This document shows, piece after piece, positions 19,355-28,948 of a stretch of 64,000 nt of DNA. The notes beneath the pieces were generated by a model. That model did no database searches. It was not told where the DNA came from and saw only the letters and a program-made list of their open reading frames with translations. Positions within the stretch are counted from its first letter, which is position 1. Every line of letters begins with the position of its first letter. The stretch comes from Clostridia bacterium (GTDB taxonomy: Bacteria > Bacillota > Clostridia > Peptostreptococcales > Anaerovoracaceae), in the NCBI GenBank assembly GCA_030537495.1, contig JAUNMH010000004.1:28509-92508 (forward strand), given 5' to 3'. The translations under genes were made by a program, and so were the position numbers.

Positions 19355-20365
19355 CTATTTCTTTCTTTTGTGCTTTAACATGATAAACCCTCCGATTAAT
19401 AGGATTAAAATTCCTATTCCTGCCACTATTGGCGCAACCTTCATTTTAGGTTCGAATCCATCTGTAAGTTTTAAAAGGTTTATGGTATCTATAAAATCAC
19501 CCTGAGCCCAACGACCATTTACCTTTATATCATCTCCACTCATTACAACCGAATAGTAGACATATCCGTCTTTTTCCATGCAACACGCGTAACAATAACC
19601 AGATGCCGGAATCCAACCTGTTTTGACTCCTACAATGTATTTGGAATACGGACTTTCATATACCTTATCCTGTGGGCACATAGGAGCCAAATAAGTTTTA
19701 TAAGGTGTAGGTTCAGACCTTTTATTAGAAACTGGTAGGACTCCTCCTTCACTTTTTACAATTTCTCTAAATTTATCGTTCTTCATGGCCTCACGACACA
19801 TTTTTACCATATCTGCAGGAGTAGTAACATTACTTGATGAAAGGCCACTGCTATCGTAAAAATGTGTATTTTCGCACCCAAGTTTTTCTGCCTTCTCATT
19901 CATTTTCTTAATAAAATCCCCATAGTCGTCGTACATACTAAAAGCAAATGCAGTAGTGGCTTCGTTAGCAGAATACACCAGCATAAACTTCATGCATTCA
20001 TAAGCAGATATTTTTTCACCCGCCTCCAGATGCTTATTTATATCCATCCAAGAACAGTAATAATCCTTTACTGCCCTTGGGTCAACTGTAATTTCTCCCT
20101 TTAATGCCGGGTTATCATCTAAGACAACAAGGGCTGTCATAACCTTTGTCATACTTGCTGGTGCAAGCTTCATATCCTTGTTCTTGTCGTAAATCACCGT
20201 ATCGCTAGTATCTTCATACAAAATTGCAGCCTTGCAATTTGGCGCTTGATCCTGCGTTTCCTCATTACCATATGCCTTCATTGATGTGAAGGTAAAGGTA
20301 AAGGAAAGAATAATTGCCAAAGACAAAGCAGCGACACCAATTTTCTTCATGATTGCATTATTCAT
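19355..20365 (-). CDS. D-alanyl-D-alanine carboxypeptidase (S11, DacA-like) with signal peptide and C-terminal TM anchor
   Basis: PASMTK, SAN and KTG motifs. Hydrophobic C-terminus followed by KHKRKK. Confidence 0.92.
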   Translation of the reverse strand: MNNAIMKKIGVAALSLAIILSFTFTFTSMKAYGNEETQDQAPNCKAAILYEDTSDTVIYDKNKDMKLAPASMTKVMTALVVLDDNPALKGEITVDPRAVKDYYCSWMDINKHLEAGEKISAYECMKFMLVYSANEATTAFAFSMYDDYGDFIKKMNEKAEKLGCENTHFYDSSGLSSSNVTTPADMVKMCREAMKNDKFREIVKSEGGVLPVSNKRSEPTPYKTYLAPMCPQDKVYESPYSKYIVGVKTGWIPASGYCYACCMEKDGYVYYSVVMSGDDIKVNGRWAQGDFIDTINLLKLTDGFEPKMKVAPIVAGIGILILLIGGFIMLKHKRKK

Positions 20366-20425
20366 AAGTAATTATCTCCTCTTCTCACGTCATTGCCATT
20401 GATTACAATTATGTGATTACAATTA

Positions 20426-20441
20426 CGCAAGCTTTATGCCA
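20426..20441 (-). promoter_or_regulatory. sigma54 promoter for dacA-like gene
   Basis: TGGCAT-AAAGC-TTGCG. Confidence 0.8.
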
Positions 20442-20459
20442 TTTCCTCTATAAAAACTA

Positions 20460-20475
20460 TGGCACAGAACTTGCA
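20460..20475 (+). promoter_or_regulatory. sigma54 promoter for the racemase
   Basis: TGGCAC-AGAAC-TTGCA, a perfect consensus match. Confidence 0.9.
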
Positions 20476-20540
20476 ATTTTATAATAGGTAATATAATTTG
20501 TATTAGGAAAATAAAACGACAAAGGAGAGCAGATAAGACA

Positions 20541-21239
20541 ATGGATAAACTAATCGGAGTACTAGGAGGCATGGGTTCCATGGCATCCCAGCTGTTTTAC
20601 AAAATGGTAATAGAAAGAACAGAGGCACAGTGCGACCAAGAACATGTGAGGCTTTTAATTTTAAACGATGCTTCCATGCCTGACAGAACTGGCGCCATAC
20701 TTGCAGAAAATTACGATGCAGTTGATAGCAAAATGCTAGAAGATTTCAAGCTCCTCGAAAATGCTGGTTGCAAGGCCATTGCAATTACATGCAATACGGC
20801 TCATTTCTTCGCAGACAGATTACAGGATAAAATAGGAATTCCAATTATCCATATGATAGAAGAAACATCTGAGGAAATTGCAAGGAAATATCCAGGCGGT
20901 AAAATTGCGGTTCTTGCTACAGACGGCACTATTCAAACAGGTTTATATCAGAAAAGGCTGGAAAAATACAGTTTAATCCCATTTATTCCTAATAAGGAAA
21001 TGCAGAAATCAGTTATGCATCAAATTTACGATTGCATTAAGAAAGGATTGCCTTGGGACGAAGATTCATGGATGAAATTACAAACATATATCAAGGAAAA
21101 TGGCTGTGATTGCGCCATTATGGCATGTACTGAGCTTTCTGTTATAAAAGAAGACAACCATCTGGGAGATTACTATATTGACCCTATGGATGTGCTGGCA
21201 AGAAAAGTTATTGAATTCTCCGGGAAAAAATTGAAATAA
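20541..21239 (+). CDS. Aspartate/glutamate racemase family (RacX/YgeA-like)
   Basis: IGVLGGMG, TCNTAH and ACTELS two-cysteine motifs. Confidence 0.92.
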   Translation: MDKLIGVLGGMGSMASQLFYKMVIERTEAQCDQEHVRLLILNDASMPDRTGAILAENYDAVDSKMLEDFKLLENAGCKAIAITCNTAHFFADRLQDKIGIPIIHMIEETSEEIARKYPGGKIAVLATDGTIQTGLYQKRLEKYSLIPFIPNKEMQKSVMHQIYDCIKKGLPWDEDSWMKLQTYIKENGCDCAIMACTELSVIKEDNHLGDYYIDPMDVLARKVIEFSGKKLK

Positions 21240-21336
21240 ACTTATTTAATCCTATTATCTTGTGTTATAATCGCAATATACAGCACATATTCTGTGGCTG
21301 AGAATAATCTCAAGATAAATTAAGGAGCTGACTATA

Positions 21337-23301
21337 ATGAAAAAAGTAATCCTATTTTTTAAAGACTCATATAACCCAGAGGCTATTTCCTATGTGCAAA
21401 ACAATATTGATGAGGTTTTTGCAGGATACGTTGAAACAACTGTATATTATGTCATGGATCTAGATGAGAAAACGGTTCTGGAAGCAGATGCCTTTCTAGT
21501 TGCTCAAAGTGTGGAAATGCAAAGCATTAAAGACCATGTTTCAGATTTTTCCAAGGTAATTAGGCTTACAAGAAGTCCGAACAAAGATGTTCTCAATAAG
21601 CTGTCTTACATTCCTTCGGGATCTACAGTCCTCGTAGTAAACGATAGCTACAATTCATCTTTAGAAACAACTCAGGCCTTTTACGAAGTTGGCATAGGTC
21701 ATGTAAACATGGTGCCTTTCGACGGAAGCCTCGTTAACACTGGACTTTACGATAATATACAAATTGCAATCACACCGTCTGAACCACATCTCGTACCCAA
21801 GCATATCGAAACTATTATAGACATAGGCTATAGAAAAGTCAGCTTTGAGACCATGTTTAGACTCATGAAGATTCTCAAGCTAGACGTACCTGCAGTAAAT
21901 AAAAATCTATTCAATCATGTTTATTCAGTAATTGAGCCTAATGCAGAGTTCAATTCAAACTACATAAACGGTTATCTGCAGAATGAAATGATTAATAGGG
22001 TAATAGATACGGTAAAATTAGGAATTGTTTTGGTGAGCAAATACTATGAAGTTATATTTGTCAATGATATCGCCCTTAACATTTTTCAAAAAAAGGAAAA
22101 GGAGGACATCAATCTTGCAAGATATATCCCTGCAGATACCTTGGCGTCTAAGGATGTTAATAATGACAACATTGAAATCAACGGAGATTGGTATCACTAC
22201 GATAAATATGATCTCACTTTGCTCAATGAGACTGCAGGTTACTACATTACCCTACAAAATCTTACTGATTTTAGCGCTACTGACAAGCAACGCCGAGAGA
22301 AGGGCTTCATTGCTAAGCATAGTTTCAAGGATATCGTGCATAAGTCAAAGGCCATGGATGATGTAATAGAAAGGGCCCGTCAGATTGCTCTTACAGATCA
22401 TACAGTGCTTATCAGAGGGGAAAGCGGAACAGGTAAAGAATTGATTGCTCAATCTATTCATAACGCATCATACCGAAGCCAATTTCCTTTTGTAGCAATT
22501 AACTGTGCCGCCCTACCTGAAACACTTCTAGAAAGTGAACTTTTTGGTTATGAAAAAGGGGCATTCACGGGAGCTCAGTCAAAAGGCAAAATAGGACTTT
22601 TCGAAGAAGCCAATCACGGAACAATCTTTCTCGATGAAATCGGAGATATATCGCCCGGACTTCAATCCAGGCTTCTCCGTACAATTCAGGAACGGCAAAT
22701 AATGAGAGTCGGCAGTGACAGAATAATAGACATAGACATTCGCTTAATTACCGCAACAAATAAAGATTTAGAGGAAGCAATTCAAAATGGAGAATTTCGT
22801 GCAGACCTATTTTTCAGACTTAACGTGCTACCCATAGAAGTACCTCCACTTAGAAAAAGAAAAGACGATCTGCATGATTTATTCAGTTTCTTCTTAGGAC
22901 GCGGAGTTGGTGCATTTACCGATGAAGAGAGAAGATGCCTATTAGAATATGATTGGCCAGGAAATGTCCGAGAAGTTGAAAATGCTGCCATATATTATAA
23001 AACTCTTTCTCAACTGCCATCGAATATTATTAGCAAACAATTTGATGGCAGTTACAGCAAGAATTCGGTTAACCTAGAAAAAGCCATTTTACAGATTATT
23101 GATACAAATACATCTATGTCACATGGCATTGGAAGAACATCACTTCTTCAGCAACTTAAGCAAAGGGGTGTTGTCATCAGCGATGTTAAGCTTCGTAGCA
23201 TACTAGGTGCCATGGAAACAGACGGTCATATAAAGATAGGTAAAGGTCGTTACGGCACTAGGATAACTGATAAAGGAATCGACAGAATTAAAGAATTGTG
23301 A
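21337..23301 (+). CDS. sigma54-dependent enhancer-binding protein (N-terminal sensor, PAS-like, AAA+, C-terminal winged helix)
   Basis: GESGTGKE, ESELFGYEKGAFTGA, FLDEIGD, FRADLFFRL and WPGNVRE. Confidence 0.95.
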   Translation: MKKVILFFKDSYNPEAISYVQNNIDEVFAGYVETTVYYVMDLDEKTVLEADAFLVAQSVEMQSIKDHVSDFSKVIRLTRSPNKDVLNKLSYIPSGSTVLVVNDSYNSSLETTQAFYEVGIGHVNMVPFDGSLVNTGLYDNIQIAITPSEPHLVPKHIETIIDIGYRKVSFETMFRLMKILKLDVPAVNKNLFNHVYSVIEPNAEFNSNYINGYLQNEMINRVIDTVKLGIVLVSKYYEVIFVNDIALNIFQKKEKEDINLARYIPADTLASKDVNNDNIEINGDWYHYDKYDLTLLNETAGYYITLQNLTDFSATDKQRREKGFIAKHSFKDIVHKSKAMDDVIERARQIALTDHTVLIRGESGTGKELIAQSIHNASYRSQFPFVAINCAALPETLLESELFGYEKGAFTGAQSKGKIGLFEEANHGTIFLDEIGDISPGLQSRLLRTIQERQIMRVGSDRIIDIDIRLITATNKDLEEAIQNGEFRADLFFRLNVLPIEVPPLRKRKDDLHDLFSFFLGRGVGAFTDEERRCLLEYDWPGNVREVENAAIYYKTLSQLPSNIISKQFDGSYSKNSVNLEKAILQIIDTNTSMSHGIGRTSLLQQLKQRGVVISDVKLRSILGAMETDGHIKIGKGRYGTRITDKGIDRIKEL

Positions 23302-23312
23302 GGTTATGCAAA

Positions 23313-24227
23313 ATGATTTACCCAAAAAAAATTAAGGCCGGAGCTGTAATAGGGCTCGTAAGTCCCAGCTCCTCAATTTCTAATGAAAGGCTGGATGCCT
23401 GCGTCAAAGCATTAAAAAACATGGGTTTTACCGTTAAACTTTCCGATAATATCTGCGCAGATAAAGGTGGCTACATGGCAGGGGATGAACAAATCCGCGC
23501 GAAATGGATTAATAAAATGTTTGCTGATCCAGAAGTCGATGCCATATTTTGTGTCAGAGGTGGCGATGGTGGAAACAGAGTTGCTCCCTTAATTGATTTA
23601 AATATTGTTCGTAAAAATCCAAAGATTTTCGTAGGATACAGTGACATTACCAGCTTCCATCTGTTGTTTAACCAAGAGTGCGATTTAATCACTTTCCACG
23701 GTCCAATGGTATCTTCAAACCTGGTGGACCATTACGACAGAGAAACCAAATTGAGTCTCTTCTCCTGCTTAAATGCGGAAGAAAAGTACACCTACGTCGC
23801 ACCTGACGGTTTTGATATCAAAATCGTCAGAGAAGGTTATGGCATGGGACCGTTGGTAGGCGGCAACCTAACCCTTATCAGTACATCCATAGGAACACCT
23901 TACCAAATTGATACCAAAGGAAAAATTCTTTTTATGGAAGAACTGGATTCTCATATTGGAAACATTGACAGATGCATATATCAATTAAAAAATGCAGGTT
24001 TATTAGACGAGATTAAAGGGGTTTTGATCGGACAATTTACTAATTGTAGAAACGATAGGGCATATTATGATGTTAATCGCGTTGTTGCAGACGCTCTTGA
24101 AGGCAGAAACATCCCAGTTATGAGTAATATTCAGTCTGGCCATGGCTTTCCAATGATTACTCTACCAATGGGAGCACTGTGTGAAATGGATACAGCGACC
24201 TCCTCGCTAGTCTTTTACACTAGATAA
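23313..24227 (+). CDS. LD-carboxypeptidase, S66 family (LdcA/YkfA-like)
   Basis: RGGDG, VGYSDITS, FHGPM, GGNL, LFMEE and GHG motifs. Confidence 0.92.
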   Translation: MIYPKKIKAGAVIGLVSPSSSISNERLDACVKALKNMGFTVKLSDNICADKGGYMAGDEQIRAKWINKMFADPEVDAIFCVRGGDGGNRVAPLIDLNIVRKNPKIFVGYSDITSFHLLFNQECDLITFHGPMVSSNLVDHYDRETKLSLFSCLNAEEKYTYVAPDGFDIKIVREGYGMGPLVGGNLTLISTSIGTPYQIDTKGKILFMEELDSHIGNIDRCIYQLKNAGLLDEIKGVLIGQFTNCRNDRAYYDVNRVVADALEGRNIPVMSNIQSGHGFPMITLPMGALCEMDTATSSLVFYTR

Positions 24228-24242
24228 AACTTTAATTTCTCA

Positions 24243-24289
24243 ATGCAAAATGCAGGCTGATCTTTACCTGGTCAACCTGCATTTTGCAT
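24243..24289. terminator. Bidirectional terminator, 14-bp perfect stem
   Basis: ATGCAAAATGCAGG / CCTGCATTTTGCAT between convergent genes. Confidence 0.85.
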
Positions 24290-24323
24290 GTAAAAGATTT
24301 ATGAAAGGTATTATACTACTGGA

Positions 24324-25358
24324 TTATAGAATCTCCGATAGCGCATACACTTTTTTTCCTCTGATTCCTGTTACAGTGTGAGCATGATCAAGTGAGCTGT
24401 ACACAGACTCTTCCACTGCCTCAGCCGTTGCCTGGAAGATCTTATCTATAGCTCTGTCATTTATCATTTTCATATCTACCATAGACGTATCGCCATAGTG
24501 TGGAACTCTGTTGGCTGTCGAAAAAGCAATAGCTATATCACCACTTCCATTTCCTAAATAGGACCCAGTTCTTGCAAGGGCTACAGTCGCTCTCTTAGCA
24601 ACTCTGCGAAGCTGCCTCTCACTAAGAGGAACATCAGTTGCGATTAGAATAATAACAGAACCTTTTTCAACGTCGCCGTCCTTCTTTTCAGTAATTTCCT
24701 TAACATTTATAAGTTTGCCATCAATTCTCAGGCACTCTGGAAATCCAAAATTAGAAAGAACCATAGCCCCTACTGTATAGTCTTTATCATCTATTTGAAA
24801 AACTCTTGAAGCGGAGCCGATTCCGCCTTTAAGGCCCATGCAAATCATGCCCGTACCTGCTCCAACATCTCCCTCTTCAAAGATTTCAGACGCGTTTTCT
24901 AAGGCCTTAAAAACATGTTCTTCTTCAATATGCTGTCCTCGAATATCATTTAGATCGCCGTCATTACACTCTGTTACCACACAGTTTACAGTACCAGTGC
25001 TTACTCCAATATCCTCGTTGTCCTTCAGCATGTACTTTGTCAAAGCATTTAAAGCTGTTCCCACGCTTAATGTATTAGTCATAATAATCGGTGTTTCAAT
25101 AGTGCCAAGCTCGTCTATCTGCACGAGCCCTGCTGATTTTCCAAAGCCATTAATAACCGACGTAGCAGCCATTACCTTGTCCTTAAAAATATTTCCTTCA
25201 TGAGGAATTATTGCTGTTACTCCTGTATGAATGTCTCTGGCATCATCTTTAATTGTAAAATGTCCTACTTTCACGCCTTCAACATCAGTAATTAGATTGT
25301 TTTTCCCAGGTTTGTAGACAGATGTCATTTTAACCTTACTTTCCAAAGATATACCCAT
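24324..25358 (-). CDS. dmpA: DmpA-family L-aminopeptidase/D-amidase/beta-peptidyl aminopeptidase (P1/S58)
   Basis: ITDVEGVKVGH, NGFGKSAG, ECNDG, VGAGTGM and autoproteolytic GNG/SGD site. GGAGGA RBS. Confidence 0.92.
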   Translation of the reverse strand: MGISLESKVKMTSVYKPGKNNLITDVEGVKVGHFTIKDDARDIHTGVTAIIPHEGNIFKDKVMAATSVINGFGKSAGLVQIDELGTIETPIIMTNTLSVGTALNALTKYMLKDNEDIGVSTGTVNCVVTECNDGDLNDIRGQHIEEEHVFKALENASEIFEEGDVGAGTGMICMGLKGGIGSASRVFQIDDKDYTVGAMVLSNFGFPECLRIDGKLINVKEITEKKDGDVEKGSVIILIATDVPLSERQLRRVAKRATVALARTGSYLGNGSGDIAIAFSTANRVPHYGDTSMVDMKMINDRAIDKIFQATAEAVEESVYSSLDHAHTVTGIRGKKVYALSEIL

Positions 25359-25420
25359 TGTCGCTCCTCCATGTTCGTTTCTTATCAAAGCTTAATTGTC
25401 TCGTTTTATACAAATATTAA

Positions 25421-25436
25421 AGCAAATACTATGCCA
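25421..25436 (-). promoter_or_regulatory. sigma54 promoter for dmpA
   Basis: TGGCAT-AGTAT-TTGCT. Confidence 0.85.
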
Positions 25437-25498
25437 ATTTTCCCATACTGTTAGGCCCTCAAATAAGTCCTCAGAATTATTGCAAAGTGATACCTAAT

Positions 25499-25514
25499 TG
25501 GCAAGATTTTTGCG
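25499..25514 (+). promoter_or_regulatory. sigma54 promoter for the transglutaminase-like/M19 operon
   Basis: TGGCAA-GATTT-TTGCG. Confidence 0.75.
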
Positions 25515-25599
25515 TTAAAGTATTGTATAATATAATAAATTGTGATTCTATTACACAATAATTTCAATCGTTAATTTTCAATAAGGGAAAGGTGATGAC

Positions 25600-26976
25600 A
25601 TGAGCATTAACAACACCTTTGAATATCTTTCCATTGGCTTGCCTGAGGATATTCAAAGACGAAAGATTTACGGTGATTTCGAGGGGGCGCTAAGGCTTAT
25701 AGATTTACGTCTTGCGCGAGAAAGCACTACCTACCCTCTTCGCCAATGCCTTACAGTACAAAGGGAAATCATAAAGAGACTTCCTGACAACTATCCGTAC
25801 ACAAAAGCTGAGGCCCTTGATATTATCAAGGGTAGGATTCCAGATTTCACTATGGATGAACTTGATAACTTCATTGACACCAATCAAGTGGGATGGATAT
25901 ATGTTAATGGAGAAATGCACATTTTCTCAGGTTTCTTCGCAACATTATGCAAGACAAACCACGATTTCGCAAAGAGAGCGCAGATGAATCTTTCAGGTTC
26001 AGAAAGTGATTTAAGCGAGCCGGAATATGCGGTAAAAATGAGAAAAGGGCTTAAGGAAAAGGGTAAATTTTCCAACAGAATTCGCATGAAGGCTTGGATT
26101 CAGCTTAAAGATGAGAATTTCACACCGGGAATGCAGGTAAAGGTACACCTTCCAATTCCAGCAGATTGCCATGAGCAAAGCGACATCGTCATTGAAGAAA
26201 TGTATCCAGAAAACGGATCAGTTGCTCCATCTGATGCACCTCAACGTACAGTTTGCTGGCAGGAAACCATGGAAGAGAACCACATTTTCTCAGTGGAATA
26301 TTCCTATACATATACCGCTTCCATGCACCATACGACAGGTTTAGCTGCGGATGCAGTCCAGCCAGGTTTTGATACCGAAGAGAAGGCGCCTCACATCGCC
26401 TTTACACCGTATATCAAAGCTCTCGCGGACTCACTCACTGAAGGTGTTTCTGACCCTATGGAAAAAGCCAGAATTTTCTACGACTTCATAACCCTGAACA
26501 TGAGATACACTTTCATGCCGGACTACTTCGTATTAGACAGCATCGCGGAAATGTGTGCAAGAAATTACACCGGCGACTGTGGCGTCTTCGCACTGCTCTT
26601 CATTACACTTTGCAGATGCAGCGGAATTCCTGCACGTTGGCAGAGTGGACTAGTTGCGGAGCCAGGTTTTGTTGGAGCTCATGACTGGGCAAGATTCTAT
26701 GTGGAGCCATACGGCTGGTTTTTTGCGGATCCTTCCTACGGTGTTTCTGCTGCTAGATCTGGCGACGAAGAAAGAAGAAAATTCTACTTTGGAAACATCG
26801 ATTCCTTTAGAATGATTGCTAACAGCGAGTTTCAGGCTCCTTTTACTATTGACAAGGATTTCTGGAGAGACGACCCTTATGACAATCAATATGGGGAATT
26901 TGAGTCCTCCGAGAGGGGCTTCAGAGGCTGTGACTTAAACCATGACTGTGAAATGATAAAATATGAGGTGATTTAA
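25600..26976 (+). CDS. Transglutaminase-like cysteine hydrolase, cytoplasmic
   Basis: GDCGVFALLFITLCRCSGIPAR (Cys), HDWA (His) and FADPSYG (Asp). No signal peptide. Confidence 0.88.
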   Translation: MSINNTFEYLSIGLPEDIQRRKIYGDFEGALRLIDLRLARESTTYPLRQCLTVQREIIKRLPDNYPYTKAEALDIIKGRIPDFTMDELDNFIDTNQVGWIYVNGEMHIFSGFFATLCKTNHDFAKRAQMNLSGSESDLSEPEYAVKMRKGLKEKGKFSNRIRMKAWIQLKDENFTPGMQVKVHLPIPADCHEQSDIVIEEMYPENGSVAPSDAPQRTVCWQETMEENHIFSVEYSYTYTASMHHTTGLAADAVQPGFDTEEKAPHIAFTPYIKALADSLTEGVSDPMEKARIFYDFITLNMRYTFMPDYFVLDSIAEMCARNYTGDCGVFALLFITLCRCSGIPARWQSGLVAEPGFVGAHDWARFYVEPYGWFFADPSYGVSAARSGDEERRKFYFGNIDSFRMIANSEFQAPFTIDKDFWRDDPYDNQYGEFESSERGFRGCDLNHDCEMIKYEVI

Positions 26977-27939
26977 ATGAAAAAAATTATTGACTTACAT
27001 TGTGATACTATAACTGCTTGCGATTCAGAAGACAAACTTTTCGAAAACCCAATTTTCAACGATGAATGCGTTATGGACTATAACAAAGTTCCTGGTGACT
27101 GTCGCTGGGCTCAATGCCACGCTATTTTTATGCCTGACGAATTCCGTGGAGAATCTGCTGTCAAGTTCTACGATGAAATAGTTAAACGTTACAAGAACCA
27201 AATGGAAGATTTCTCCGACAAAGTGTCTCAGTGCAGAAGTGCTTCAGACATTGAAAAAGCTTGGGATGAAGGCAAATATGCATCTATTCTTACTGTTGAA
27301 GGCGGCAGTGCTTTAGCTGGAGACGCAGACAGAGTTAAAATTCTTGCTGATGACGGAGTTAAGATGATGACTCTAGTATGGAACGGTGACAATGAAATTG
27401 CTTCAGGTCATAATACTGACAAGGGCTTCTCTGAATTCGGAAGAAAAGTTGTTCCTCTACTTGAAGAAAATGGAATCATTGTAGACGTTTCTCATCTTAA
27501 CGATATCGGCTTCAATGAACTTCTTGAAATTGTGAAGAAACCATTTGTTGCTACTCACTCCAATGCTCGTGCTATCTGCTCACATAAGAGAAATCTTACA
27601 GATGATATGATTCGCGAAATGGTTAAAAGAGATTGCTTAATCGGCCTAAATTATTACACTGCTTTTATCAGTGACTATGAGAAAGACGGTGTAGACTCTA
27701 ACTGTGATTATGCAGATATGTTCTACAGACACATTGCCCATTTCTTTGAACTAGGGGCAGAAAAGAATCTAGCACTAGGTTCCGATTTTGACGGTGCTAC
27801 TCTGCCAGAATGTTTAAGTTCTCCGGCAAAAGTTGTTGAAATGTATGATTATCTTCTTGAAAAAGGTCTATCCGAAGAACAGCTTGACGGTATCTTCTAC
27901 AAAAATGCTCTAAGATTTTTACACGAAAATATTAAATAA
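26977..27939 (+). CDS. Membrane dipeptidase family M19 (renal dipeptidase-like)
   Basis: DLHCD, TVEGG, DVSHL, ATHSN and GSDFDG motifs. Confidence 0.92.
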   Translation: MKKIIDLHCDTITACDSEDKLFENPIFNDECVMDYNKVPGDCRWAQCHAIFMPDEFRGESAVKFYDEIVKRYKNQMEDFSDKVSQCRSASDIEKAWDEGKYASILTVEGGSALAGDADRVKILADDGVKMMTLVWNGDNEIASGHNTDKGFSEFGRKVVPLLEENGIIVDVSHLNDIGFNELLEIVKKPFVATHSNARAICSHKRNLTDDMIREMVKRDCLIGLNYYTAFISDYEKDGVDSNCDYADMFYRHIAHFFELGAEKNLALGSDFDGATLPECLSSPAKVVEMYDYLLEKGLSEEQLDGIFYKNALRFLHENIK

Positions 27940-27981
27940 TCGCATTTAATAGGATTTAGAAATTTAAATTTCACGGTATTG

Positions 27982-28024
27982 AAAAATGGTTGTACTCAGC
28001 TAAGTGCTAGGTACAACCATTTTT
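27982..28024. terminator. Bidirectional terminator
   Basis: AAAAATGGTTGTAC / GTACAACCATTTTT. Confidence 0.85.
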
Positions 28025-28092
28025 TCGCTTTTTTTATTTTATATGCTCAGCATTCTTAATATACAAGTCGACCTGTAAACTACGTGAACGAC

Positions 28093-28887
28093 TTAAAGGA
28101 TAAACATTCTTGCTGTCATCATATCAGCAACATCTTTTGCCACATATCTAACAGTGTGCTCATCAACCTGTTCTGCACCTGGGTAATATGCTTTTCTAAG
28201 TGCATTTCCGTGTTCCTTAAAGTTAGCTTCAAAGACAAATTCTTCTGGAAGCTCAATCTTACATTTTTCTATATTCTTTAAAGATTCTTCTACGCCTTTC
28301 TTAATCAGTTCAACGCCCTTCTTAGGTGCCATGCTAAAAGTCGCTTCTCCAATCCCGAATTTCACACCGGCAGTCCCGATTTCGGGAACAAGTTTCCTGG
28401 CGTGATTGCAGATTCCCTCATCTCCACTTACGAAAACAACAGGCACTCCATAGCTTGCTGCTACATATGCATTAAGGTCAAACTCTGCAACCTTTTCTCC
28501 ATTAATTTTCACCCAGCAGTTGTCACGATTCATTGTGTGTGCAAGAGGGCTCGCATTTGAACCTGCCATACTGTGGTATCCAATGAAGATTGCCGCGTCA
28601 AAAGAACTATCGATTCCGGCCATCATTGATTCCGGTGTAAGTGTCCAACTTCTAATGACTGTAGCACATTCAGGAAGGTCACTGATATCAATATTTCTAC
28701 CACTATCATGAGCGTCTTTAATGTAAATCTCATCTGCTCCTGCTGCAATAGCACCTTCACATGCAGCTAGAGTTTCAAGTGTCATCTGTTTGGATGCCCA
28801 TTTATGTTCACCATTTCCCAGTTCAGTTTCTGCCCAATCAGTTACTCCAGTAGCGCCTTCTAAGTCCACGCTGATATAAACTTTCAT
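28093..28887 (-). CDS. dppA: D-aminopeptidase, M55 family
   Basis: MKVYISVDLEG, IKDAHDSG, GYHS, LAHT and VFVSGDE motifs. GAGGTG RBS before ATG 28887. Confidence 0.94.
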   Translation of the reverse strand: MKVYISVDLEGATGVTDWAETELGNGEHKWASKQMTLETLAACEGAIAAGADEIYIKDAHDSGRNIDISDLPECATVIRSWTLTPESMMAGIDSSFDAAIFIGYHSMAGSNASPLAHTMNRDNCWVKINGEKVAEFDLNAYVAASYGVPVVFVSGDEGICNHARKLVPEIGTAGVKFGIGEATFSMAPKKGVELIKKGVEESLKNIEKCKIELPEEFVFEANFKEHGNALRKAYYPGAEQVDEHTVRYVAKDVADMMTARMFIL

Positions 28888-28948
28888 ATTTTTCACCTCT
28901 GTCAAATTAATAAATCTTATCTTGTACAAAAAATACCACTTATATATA

